From positions 480,001-544,000 of the forward strand of contig CAVVMW010000023.1 in the NCBI GenBank assembly GCA_963749495.1: a stretch of DNA of 64,000 nucleotides, in the 5' to 3' direction. The translations under genes and the position numbers were made by a program. Source of the stretch: an uncultured bacterium. Its GTDB lineage: Bacteria; Verrucomicrobiota; Verrucomicrobiia; Limisphaerales; UBA8199. Position 1 is the first letter of the stretch. Every line of letters starts with the position of its first letter. Shown here piece after piece: positions 7,943 through 16,376 of the stretch. The notes beneath the pieces were generated by a model. It saw nothing but the letters and a program-made list of their open reading frames with translations. It made no database searches and was not told where the DNA came from.

Positions 7943-10435
7943 GCAGCACCGCCGCACTCCGTTGTGCGCTCGCTCGGTCACCTCCAGATACACCTGTTGC
8001 GCGTCCTTCCTGGCCTGAGGGCCGCGGCGGCCGCTCACCGCCAGGCCCCCGCGCTCGGCATGGCCTTCTTCCCCGCATTGGCAGGCAGTTGCCGCCTGCT
8101 GCGCCCGGTCCATCTGTGCCTCGCCCGAGAGCTCCCGCGCCAACCCGATTCCCAGGGCCAGCACGCCCAGGACGTGCGACGGCCTGCCCTCGGCCACCGC
8201 GTAGTCCGCAAGCCAGACGGGTTGCGTCTCGCGCAGCGTCGCGGGTCTTCGACGCCCGAGCAGGAGCACCCACTCCCGCACGCTCAGCACGACGATGGCG
8301 GAGATCAACACGAGGAAGACCCCGGCGACGGCTGCGTCCAGGCGGTTGTTGAAGCGCAGCACGCGATTATCATGGATGGCCTTCTCTGCGGCGGCGATGG
8401 CTGCCGCCTCGCCGCCGGTCCTGGCCGCCGCGGCCGCCTGCTCCAGGGCGGGCCCTTTTTCATCCAGCACACTGGCCTGCGCCAGAAACCCGATCCGTGG
8501 GTCCGGGTGCCAGATCTTCTCGATGCCGGCCGTCATGGTTGCCGCCAGCAGCCAGACCAGCGGGACGAACGTGATCAGGGCGGCTAAATGCGGAGTGCGG
8601 AGGGGAAAATGACGAATGACGAATGACGAATGACGAATGACGAATGTGCCCGGGGGCTGCGACTGGTCGGACGCGTCCGACCTGTCTGACCCGTCCGACG
8701 CGGCTGTGGAGTGCGGAGCGGCCCGCAGCCCTTGTGGCGGCGCGTCCTTGCTGAGGCGCATCTTGAGGATGATGGTAGTGGCCAGGCACAGAGCGATGGC
8801 GGCGAGCATCTGGTTGGCAATGCCGAACAAGGGCCAGAGGGAGTTTACGCCGCCCAATGGGTCCAGGACGCCCTGGATGAGGAAGTAACCCCACGCGCCG
8901 ACCATGAGGAGGCTGGCCAGGAGGTTGGCGCCCAGGTTCCGCGTCTGGCCCAACGGCCTGGCGACATGGCCCAGGATGTCCTGGAGCATATAGCGGCCCA
9001 CGCGCGTGCCCGCATCGATCGTGGTGAGAATAAACAGCGCCTCGAACATGATGGCGAAGTGATACCACAAATCCAGCCCGTGCCCGCGCACGACTTTCGC
9101 GAATATTTGCGCCATGCCGACCGCCAGTGTGGCGGCGCCCCCGGTCCTTTCGAAGAGGGTCTTCTCGCCCAGTTGCGCGGCCAGTTGGTGCATCTGCCCC
9201 GTCGTGACGGGGAACCCCAGTGCGGTGACCTTGGCGACGGTGTTCGCCGCCGGACCCTTGACATTCATGCTCAGATAGACGCCCGGCTCCAGCGTGCAGG
9301 CGGCAATGAGGGCCATGATGGCCACCAGCGACTCCAGGCACATCGCCCCGTAGCCCACCGCCCGCGCATACGACTCGCGCGTGAGCATCTTGGGCGTCGT
9401 GCCGCTGGCGATGAGCGCGTGGAAACCCGAGATCGACCCGCAGGCAATCGTGATGAAGCAAAAGGGAAATATCTTGCCCGCCACGATCAGGCCCGAGCCG
9501 TCCACAAACCGGCTCAGCGCGGGCATCTTCAGCGCCGGCAGCACCAGAAACAGCCCCGCTGCCAGGGCGAAGATCGTGCCCAGCTTCATGAACGTGCTCA
9601 GGTGCCCGCGCGGCGCCAGCAACAGCCAGACCGGCAGCACGCTCGCCGCCAGCCCGTAGAGAATGATCGCCCAGCCCAGCGCCAGGTCGTGCAGCCCAAA
9701 CACCCGCGCCAGGTGCGCGTCCTCGTACACCAGCTTCCCGCCCCACACCGCCAGGAGCAGGCAAATCACACCGATGACCGAGGCCTCCAGCACCTTGCCG
9801 ATGCGCCCGTAGCGCAGGTAACACCCCATGAACATCGCAATAGGAATCGTCGACCCCACCGTGAACACGCCCCACGGGCTCTCGGCCAGCGCCTTGACTA
9901 CCACCAACCCCAGCACCGCCAGCAATATCACCACGATCGCCAGGATCGCGCACGATGCTATCACCCCCGCCGTTGTGTTCAGCTCCTCCTTCACCATCTC
10001 GCCCAGCGACTTGCCGTCCCGCCGCACCGAGGCAAACAACACCACAAAATCCTGCACCGCCCCGCCCAGCACCACGCCAATCAGAATCCACAACGTCCCC
10101 GGCAGATACCCAAACTGCGCCGCCAACACCGGCCCCACCAGCGGGCCCGGACCGGAGATGGCCGCGAAATGGTGGCCAAAGACGATCCATTTGTTTGTCC
10201 GAACGAAATCCTTGCCGTCATCGTGGACCTCGCACGGGGTGGCGCGCCGGTCGTCCAGGGCCAGGACGCGCGCGGCAATCCACTTGGCGTAAAACCGGTA
10301 GCCGATGGCGTATGTGCAAAGGGCCGCCAGCAGGATATAAACGGAATTGAGCGCCTCGCCCCGGCTCAGGGCCAGCACCCCATAAGCCGAGGCGCCTGCC
10401 CCCGCCAGCAGCACCCAGAGGCACTGGAAAAGCAT
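7940..10435 (-). CDS. cstA: Carbon starvation protein A (peptide/pyruvate transporter) with repeat-derived insertion and C-terminal extension ending RRCC
   Basis: FGHHFAAISGPGPLVGP, FITIACGSISGFH, LTTIDAGTRVGRY, LWPLFGIANQMLA. Confidence 0.95.
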   Translation of the reverse strand: MLFQCLWVLLAGAGASAYGVLALSRGEALNSVYILLAALCTYAIGYRFYAKWIAARVLALDDRRATPCEVHDDGKDFVRTNKWIVFGHHFAAISGPGPLVGPVLAAQFGYLPGTLWILIGVVLGGAVQDFVVLFASVRRDGKSLGEMVKEELNTTAGVIASCAILAIVVILLAVLGLVVVKALAESPWGVFTVGSTIPIAMFMGCYLRYGRIGKVLEASVIGVICLLLAVWGGKLVYEDAHLARVFGLHDLALGWAIILYGLAASVLPVWLLLAPRGHLSTFMKLGTIFALAAGLFLVLPALKMPALSRFVDGSGLIVAGKIFPFCFITIACGSISGFHALIASGTTPKMLTRESYARAVGYGAMCLESLVAIMALIAACTLEPGVYLSMNVKGPAANTVAKVTALGFPVTTGQMHQLAAQLGEKTLFERTGGAATLAVGMAQIFAKVVRGHGLDLWYHFAIMFEALFILTTIDAGTRVGRYMLQDILGHVARPLGQTRNLGANLLASLLMVGAWGYFLIQGVLDPLGGVNSLWPLFGIANQMLAAIALCLATTIILKMRLSKDAPPQGLRAAPHSTAASDGSDRSDASDQSQPPGTFVIRHSSFVIRHFPLRTPHLAALITFVPLVWLLAATMTAGIEKIWHPDPRIGFLAQASVLDEKGPALEQAAAAARTGGEAAAIAAAEKAIHDNRVLRFNNRLDAAVAGVFLVLISAIVVLSVREWVLLLGRRRPATLRETQPVWLADYAVAEGRPSHVLGVLALGIGLARELSGEAQMDRAQQAATACQCGEEGHAERGGLAVSGRRGPQARKDAQQVYLEVTERAHNGVRRCC

Positions 10436-10440
10436 TCGCT

Positions 10441-10755
10441 TCACGCCGCGCACTCTAACCCAAACGTTCCCCGGACGGAATCGGATAAAGCGCAACCGTG
10501 CTGGAAACCCCGCCCGTGCGCGCGCCGAAGACAGCGCCGGAAGATGTCAGTGGTCCTGTTTTCGACCACCGGTCTGATGTCAATCCGGGAGTGGCCCTCC
10601 AACCGGGGGTCGTCGGCCGACCAGTCGAACGTGAGGTCGTCACCGACGGTGTTGGCGGAAATGGGCCAGCCAAGTTCATCGCGGAGGTAAGCGAGCAGAT
10701 CGGCAAGGGAGTTGATCCTACGGACCGGTTTGGGGTTGGCCGCGTACTTGGGCAT
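10441..10755 (-). pseudogene. N-terminal fragment resembling a type IIG/ISP restriction-modification enzyme
   Basis: SLADLLAYLRDELGWPI...DDLTFDW resembles the start of such enzymes (from memory); truncated. Confidence 0.4.
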
Positions 10756-11053
10756 GGGAGAATGCGTATGGCAGATACCGCCGGCCGCCGTAGCCGGAAC
10801 TTGAGATTCCATTTTGGAATCTCAAGTTTTCCGCCTCCTCCGGGGTGAGTTGGAACATGAAATCGGAAGGGAAACGATCCAGGTTCCGCCGCACGGCCTT
10901 GTTGAGATTGCCGGTCGTAACACCGTAGAGAGCAGCCAGGTCGCGGTTCCCGAGGGCCGTTAATTGTGGCGGGGCGTCTGCTCCCAAACGCTCGCGCAAG
11001 CGTGCCGGATAACCCGCATCACCGCGCAGGATGCTTCGAGGCTGCAGATTCAC
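10718..11053 (-). pseudogene. Chimeric fragment: DprA-like start fused to a partial ORF6N domain
   Basis: YPARLRERLGADAPPQLTALGN, then DLAALYGVTTGNLNKAVRRNLDRFPSDFMFQLT...GGRRYLPYAF. Confidence 0.6.
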
Positions 11054-11101
11054 GGTGGAGATTCGTCTGGTTTCTTCATGTCGCGGGTTTCCGGGTTCTT
11101 G

Positions 11102-11938
11102 TCACGGCGCAAACAACAAGCCGCCCTTTTGGTGGCCGATGCCATCGCTGACCGTGACGCCGCCGCGCCACCATTGGCTGGCATCTTGATAACGAAATTG
11201 CATCCGCTTGAGGCGCTCGCCGAAAAGGTCGCGAATCCGGTAATACGCCAAGTGGACGTGGATGTTGTTGACGTGGCCCAGGCAATAGACATACGCCGCC
11301 ATCGGAAACAGGAAAGCCGAGCAAATCATGTCCGCGCCCTGAATGCCCGCATGGTTGTCGCTGTGGCCGAACACCGGCATTTCGACCAGCCCGGCGTAAG
11401 CGTCACCCGCCGCACGGAATTTCTGCGTGAAGACCGAGTGCGACACGTTGGTGTTCTTCGGCTTGTTCCGGCTGTCCAGAATCATCAAGCCAGCCGTGTT
11501 GGTTGCCGCCAGATAACGCTGAAAGTCCACCGCCAGATTTTGCACCGCCGAAGTGTAAACCGACCTGCCATCAAAGGGTGTGGCGATGGGCTTGACATAA
11601 AGCCGGGCGAGCAGCCTGGCCTCATGCGTCTCCAGCAGGTCGAGAAACCTGTCCATGAACCCCAAGGCCTGGCGGCGCGGGTCGCGCCGGCCGTTGCGGA
11701 TGCGCTTGCGCAAGTCCGCGCCCTTGATCTCCACGGCAATCCAGTCCAGAAAATCGGAATTGGGGATTCGCAAGTGGGGAAAGAAACGATCCTTGAGATG
11801 CAGCCAATCCAGAGTGAAATCCTGGAGCCGGGAGCGGTGCAAGAGCACCCCGCCCAGCACGAACACAGGCTGGATGGGCGAGATGGCCGATGGCAACATG
11901 CCGGTGCAACCGGCTTCATCAACGTAGAATATCTGCAC
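11102..11938 (-). CDS. DUF3800-like protein (predicted RNase H-like fold)
   Basis: N-terminal IFYVDEAG, EIKGADL, ILDSR, C-terminal IQGADMI. Confidence 0.75.
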   Translation of the reverse strand: MQIFYVDEAGCTGMLPSAISPIQPVFVLGGVLLHRSRLQDFTLDWLHLKDRFFPHLRIPNSDFLDWIAVEIKGADLRKRIRNGRRDPRRQALGFMDRFLDLLETHEARLLARLYVKPIATPFDGRSVYTSAVQNLAVDFQRYLAATNTAGLMILDSRNKPKNTNVSHSVFTQKFRAAGDAYAGLVEMPVFGHSDNHAGIQGADMICSAFLFPMAAYVYCLGHVNNIHVHLAYYRIRDLFGERLKRMQFRYQDASQWWRGGVTVSDGIGHQKGGLLFAP

Positions 11939-11949
11939 GAGCTTCCCGG

Positions 11950-12033
11950 AAAACAACTGTGGCCACCCTGCTTGCGCCGGGTGGCCCCAGGATTTGCCGC
12001 CTGGACGAACCAGTTCGGCGTAGGTTTATCTCT
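11950..12033 (-). ncRNA. Candidate structured leader/antitoxin RNA upstream of the DUF3800 gene
   Basis: Three adjacent hairpins; the last has a GCAA (GNRA) tetraloop and is followed by a U-rich tract on the minus strand. Confidence 0.5.
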
Positions 12034-12039
12034 GCACAA

Positions 12040-12067
12040 ATAATACTCCCGGCGGCCGGCTTTGCAA
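12040..12067 (-). promoter_or_regulatory. Sigma70-like promoter TTGCAA-N16-TATTAT
   Basis: Minus-strand -35 at 12062-12067 and -10 at 12040-12045. Confidence 0.55.
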
Positions 12068-12102
12068 GCCCGAATTTGCGGTAGTCCGGCATCATTTGCC
12101 GT

Positions 12103-12399
12103 TCATTCCTTCTGGCCCTCCGGGTCGCGGCCGAGGCGGTATTTGATGTTCTGCCCTTGTTTCAAGGTCACAATTTGTGACCTTGAACGCCGCACCGCCT
12201 CTGCCTCCGCCAAAGTCAAGCGGAACATGAAATCGGCAGGGAACCGCTCCACATTGCGTTTGACGGCCTGATTCAGAGCCTTTGTCGGTACGCCGTAGAT
12301 GGCAGCCAGATCGGGTGCGAGAATTACCCTCTGATCACGCGCGGCGAGAATCAGGGATTCAATGTTTGGACCCGAGGCCAAAGGGCTGTTCTGCTTCAT
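12103..12399 (-). pseudogene. ORF6N-domain protein, C-terminally truncated
   Basis: QRVILAPDLAAIYGVPTKALNQAVKRNVERFPADFMFRLT...RSQIVTLKQGQNIKY followed by unrelated tail. Confidence 0.7.
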
Positions 12400-12456
12400 G
12401 GTATCATTGGTTGGCCGACTCAAAGCTGCGGAGGGTAAGAAATCGTAGTTCCCGCC

Positions 12457-13821
12457 TTACTTGCCGCTGCCCAGGAGCTCGAGCACTGCGGCGGTCATGG
12501 CGGTGATGCCGGTCTGGATGGTCGGCTCCGGCAGGGGCGCCCACAGAGGCGAATGGAGCGACGGCAGGGGCCTGCCGGTCCGCTCGCTCTCTCGGAGTGC
12601 GGCGGGGGCCACCCCGCCCACGCTGAACATGCAGACCGGGATCTTCTCCGGCGTCCGCCCGTATTCGCTGAAGTCTTCTCCGCCCATCGTGGGTTTCTTG
12701 AGAAAGAGGTTGGTCTCGCCAAACCAGGACTTGAAGGCCCCGACAACCTTCGCCGTGAGGGCCGGGTCGTTGAGAAGGGCGGGGGTGAAATCGTCCTGGA
12801 GCTTGACCTCGGGGAGGCGATCCTCGGGCATGCCGGCGGCCAGGGCGCAACCGCGCGCGATGCGTTTGATGGCCTCCAGGGTCTGCTGCCGGACCGCGTC
12901 GGTGTAAGAGCGGACCGTCAACTCCAGGCGCACCTGCTCCGGGATGATGTTGGGCCGGGTGCCGCCGTGAATCGAGCCGACGGTGACGACGGCGCCTTCG
13001 CCCGGGGTGATTTCGCGGCTGACGATCGTCTGGAGGCCGAGGATGATCTGGGCGGCCAGGACTATGGGGTCCCGGGTCTTGTGGGGGTAGGCGCCGTGCC
13101 CGCCCACGCCGCGCACGAGGATCTCCACCGAATCGACATTGGCGCAAGCGGGGCCGGGGGTGTAACCCAGAGTGCCGGCGGCCAACTCGGCGCTGTCGTG
13201 CAGGGCCAGGCAGAAATCCGGGCGCGGGAACCGTTTGAACAGGCCGTCGGCCAGCATCGCCCGGGCGCCGCCGACGGTTTCCTCGGCCGGTTGGCCGATG
13301 AAGACCAGCGTGCCGTGCCATTGATCCTTGAGCCCGGCCAGGACCCGGGCGGCGCCGGCCAGGCACGTGATATGGACGTCGTGCCCGCAGGCGTGCATGA
13401 CCGGCACGTCGTTGCCCGAGGCGTCCTTGCCCAGCGCCGTGCTGGCATAGGGCAAGCCCGTCTGCTCCTTGACCGGCAGGCCGTCCAGGTCCGAGCGGAC
13501 CAGGACCGTCGGGCCGGGGCCGTTGCGGAGCAGGCCCACCACGCCGTATTTGCCGACGCCGGTGGTGACCTCGCAGCCTGCCTTGCGCAATTCCTCGGCC
13601 AGGCGAGCGGAGGTTTGCGCCTCCTGGAACGAAAGCTCCGGGTGCGCGTGCAGGTGCCGATAGAGCGCCAGCAGGTCGGGCGTCTCCTGTTGGACCCGGG
13701 CCCGCACCCATTCGCGGGTTGCCGCAGACTCGCCGGCCCGCGCCCAAACAGGGGCAAGGCCCGCCAGCGCAAGGCCCGCCAGGGCCAGGGCGGCCGGCAA
13801 AGTCGATCGAAGCGTTTTCAT
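12457..13821 (-). CDS. M20-family amidohydrolase with signal peptide
   Basis: HPELSFQE, RSDLDGLP, MHACGHDVH, QPAEE, GGEDF. Confidence 0.92.
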   Translation of the reverse strand: MKTLRSTLPAALALAGLALAGLAPVWARAGESAATREWVRARVQQETPDLLALYRHLHAHPELSFQEAQTSARLAEELRKAGCEVTTGVGKYGVVGLLRNGPGPTVLVRSDLDGLPVKEQTGLPYASTALGKDASGNDVPVMHACGHDVHITCLAGAARVLAGLKDQWHGTLVFIGQPAEETVGGARAMLADGLFKRFPRPDFCLALHDSAELAAGTLGYTPGPACANVDSVEILVRGVGGHGAYPHKTRDPIVLAAQIILGLQTIVSREITPGEGAVVTVGSIHGGTRPNIIPEQVRLELTVRSYTDAVRQQTLEAIKRIARGCALAAGMPEDRLPEVKLQDDFTPALLNDPALTAKVVGAFKSWFGETNLFLKKPTMGGEDFSEYGRTPEKIPVCMFSVGGVAPAALRESERTGRPLPSLHSPLWAPLPEPTIQTGITAMTAAVLELLGSGK

Positions 13822-14123
13822 GGCATCAGGGAGCAAGGTTTAACGCTGCGGGCGATGCGGGCCTCGAGCTTGTCGGCCGCCGTTTCGAGGTCATAGTGCG
13901 TCTGCAAGTCGAGCCACCAACCGGGCCGCGTGGAAAAATAGCGCGAGAGGCGCAAGGCGGTGTCCGCGGTGATGGCACGCTGTCCACGCACGATCTGGCT
14001 GACGCGGATGGGGGTCACGCCGATGGCCTTGGCCAGAGCATACTGGCTCAGCTCGAGCGGTTCCAGGAAGTCGTGGAGCAGAATTTCGCCGGGATGGACC
14101 GGCGGGAGTTTCTTGGTCTTCAT
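13818..14123 (-). CDS. higA: HigA-family antitoxin (Xre HTH)
   Basis: PPVHPGEIL...ITADTALRLSRYF...WWLDLQTHYDL. Confidence 0.9.
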   Translation of the reverse strand: MKTKKLPPVHPGEILLHDFLEPLELSQYALAKAIGVTPIRVSQIVRGQRAITADTALRLSRYFSTRPGWWLDLQTHYDLETAADKLEARIARSVKPCSLMP

Positions 14124-14127
14124 AGGC

Positions 14128-14409
14128 TCAATGGTAATCCACAATCTCTACGTCATGCGCGTCCTCGCCCTGCCAGCGGAAGCAGACGCGCCACTGATCG
14201 TTGACCCGCATGCTATGCTGGCCGGCACGGTCGCCTTTGAGAGTTTCCAGATGGTTGCCCGGCGGCAGCGCCAAATCGCGCAGTTCCCGCGAACGGTGAA
14301 GCTGAGTCAGCTTGCGGAGCGCGACGCGTTCGATTTGCGGCGGCAGGCCGTGGTCCCGCCGCCGAAGCCACAGTCGTTCAGTCTTGCGGCAGGCGAAGCT
14401 CGCAATCAT
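14128..14409 (-). CDS. higB: HigB-family toxin (RelE superfamily), upstream of the antitoxin
   Basis: DLALPPGNHLETLKGDRAGQHSMRVNDQWRVCFRW...VEIVDYH. Confidence 0.9.
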   Translation of the reverse strand: MIASFACRKTERLWLRRRDHGLPPQIERVALRKLTQLHRSRELRDLALPPGNHLETLKGDRAGQHSMRVNDQWRVCFRWQGEDAHDVEIVDYH

Positions 14410-14748
14410 TGCTCAATATTATCGAGATCCGGCATGACATCAAGATGGATCGGGCGCTTACCGACAATGCCCCCGCCGCCGCCTCCGAAGGGCCGGAGCG
14501 CCGTCCCGCTCGGCGGGACGGCTTCGGACGTTCCATGTTCACAGGGGCCCAAAGGGGTGCAGGTGCGCGCAAAGCCGGCTGAAGCCGGCGCTCCGGCGGC
14601 AGTCTCAGGATGCGCCCGATGGATTGTCAAAACGCTCACTTGCCGTTCGGACGCAGACCTGATACAAGCAGGCCGATCCCGGGCGAATGGTCTCTCGACC
14701 GCCTTGCAGCCCGTCCTGGAGAACCGCGCATAGTGAACGGCATTTGTC

Positions 14749-15321
14749 ATGCAGATGAGAACACCGAACCCCTGGAGATCACGAGCTAAACCCCCGGATC
14801 GCGGCGAGCCTGTCCCAAGCGCCGGGGCCGGGGCTAGCCGTGCGAGGACCGCGGGATACAGCCTTGGTCCCGCCTTCACCCTCATCGAGCTCCTGGTGGT
14901 CATTGCCATCATCGCCATCCTGGCGGCGATGCTGCTGCCGGCCCTCTCGAAGGCCAAGGCCCAGGCGCTTCGCGTTCAGTGCGTGAACAACCAGAAGGAG
15001 CTGGTCCTGACCTGGTCCTTGTACTCCGGCGACAACCGGGAGATGTTGGTGCCCAACGGCGGCGGGCCGCCGCTGCCCTCCGGGCCATACCTCTGGGTCG
15101 AGGGCGATAACCACATGTATCTGCTCTTCCATTATCCCTCCAGCCTCCATCGCCAATCCGGCGTCCTGGTCTTTGCCGATAGTCATGCCGAGTCTCACAA
15201 ATGGACCGACCCCAGGACCCGGAAAACCGTCCCCGCCGGTCAGATCATCGCCCACAGCGATCCCTCGCCCAATAACCGGGATCTGTATTGGATCCGCGAC
15301 CATACCACGGTCAAGAAGTAA
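14749..15321 (+). CDS. Prepilin-type N-terminal cleavage protein with H-X9-DS variant motif; short middle region
   Basis: [38 protein letters not shown]. Confidence 0.8.
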   Translation: MQMRTPNPWRSRAKPPDRGEPVPSAGAGASRARTAGYSLGPAFTLIELLVVIAIIAILAAMLLPALSKAKAQALRVQCVNNQKELVLTWSLYSGDNREMLVPNGGGPPLPSGPYLWVEGDNHMYLLFHYPSSLHRQSGVLVFADSHAESHKWTDPRTRKTVPAGQIIAHSDPSPNNRDLYWIRDHTTVKK

Positions 15322-15372
15322 GGCTAAAGGCTAAGCTCGCCCACTTCAGCCTTTAGCCTTTAGCCTTTAGCC
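15320..15372. repeat. Heptamer hairpin (TAAAGGC)/(GCCTTTA)n between convergent genes; possible terminator
   Basis: Read directly; same heptamer at 37666-37697. Confidence 0.75.
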
Positions 15373-15785
15373 TTTCTTTGCATCACCGCCAGGTCGGCCC
15401 TTTTGACCCAGCCGGTATGGCGCCAGAAGGCCTCGCCGGCGGCGTTGTCGGTGAAGAGGAACAGATTGCACTTTGGGATGCCAACGGCGGCCAGGCCATC
15501 GAGGCAGGCCCGGACCAGCGCCTGGCCGATGCCATGCCGGCGCAGGTCCCGCGCCACCGCCAGGTGGTGCAGATACCCGCGCCGGCCGTCATGACCGCAC
15601 AGGACAGCCCCGACGATTCGAGTGCCGCAGCGGGCGACAAAACTCAGGCCCGGATTGCGCGCCAGATAGCTCGCGATGGCCGGCCGGCAATCCGACTCGC
15701 CCAGGCCGATGCCTTCGGTCTCGCGCCAGAGGTCGGAGACCGCCTCGAAATCAGCGAGGGTCATCGGTTGGATTTTCCAGCGCAT
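15360..15785 (-). CDS. GNAT acetyltransferase (YpeA-like)
   Basis: GHDGRRGYLHHLAV...RRHGIGQAL. Confidence 0.88.
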   Translation of the reverse strand: MRWKIQPMTLADFEAVSDLWRETEGIGLGESDCRPAIASYLARNPGLSFVARCGTRIVGAVLCGHDGRRGYLHHLAVARDLRRHGIGQALVRACLDGLAAVGIPKCNLFLFTDNAAGEAFWRHTGWVKRADLAVMQRKAKG

Positions 15786-16221
15786 ATTCAAAGACTTCGT
15801 ACCGGGTGCGGCTCATGCCCAGCCGCTCGTAGGACTGCCGGGCGCGGGCATTGTCGGCGTGCATGTAGAGGCGCAGGCTGCACACGTCTCTTTGCCGGAG
15901 GGCCAATTGTCTCACGTGCTCGAAGAGGGCCCGGAAGACGCCGCGACGCCGGAATTGCTCTTTGACGTACACACTTTGGAGCCACCAGGTGCAGCCGTTG
16001 CGCCAATCGCTCCATTCGTAGGTGATCATCACCTGGCCCGCGATGACCCCATCGAGCTCGGCGACAGAATAGACGCCCTTGGCGGGGTCTTTCAGCAGGG
16101 CGTCCACACCGGCCGCAACGCAGGCGGGGTCCAGCGCCAACTCCTCGGTCTCGGCGGCCAATCGAAGATTGAACTCGGCGATGAGGGGAGCGTCACGCAA
16201 TTCTGCTTTGCGGATGTTCAT
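15751..16221 (-). CDS. GNAT acetyltransferase
   Basis: TYEWSDWRNG...QSVYV...FRRRGVFRAL. Confidence 0.88.
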   Translation of the reverse strand: MNIRKAELRDAPLIAEFNLRLAAETEELALDPACVAAGVDALLKDPAKGVYSVAELDGVIAGQVMITYEWSDWRNGCTWWLQSVYVKEQFRRRGVFRALFEHVRQLALRQRDVCSLRLYMHADNARARQSYERLGMSRTRYEVFEYALENPTDDPR

Positions 16222-16250
16222 GGGGGGATTGGCAATGCTTTCCCATAATC

Positions 16251-16329
16251 AAACGCAGAGACGCGAAGGACGCAGAGATTAGTCTCGTTTGCCTTCTCTC
16301 ATCTCTGCGTTCTTCGCGTCTCCGCGTTT
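16251..16329. repeat. Nonamer-based palindrome (ACGCAGAG.../...CTCTGCGT)
   Basis: Imperfect long inverted repeat downstream of uxaC. Confidence 0.7.
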
Positions 16330-16376
16330 TCATTGCTCCCCCGAACCCTCCTCGTGCTCCTATCCGGATGGCTCTC

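Noticed and set aside
7940..7960. Selenocysteine recoding at the CstA C-terminal Cys pair
   Set aside because: Codons are TGC TGC TAA; no in-frame TGA.
8711..10690. 659-aa plus-strand ORF
   Set aside because: Antisense shadow of cstA.
10718..12423. Prophage
   Set aside because: ORF6N fragments only; no integrase, structural or lysis genes.
13960..14733. Plus-strand ORF over higBA
   Set aside because: Antisense to two well-supported genes.
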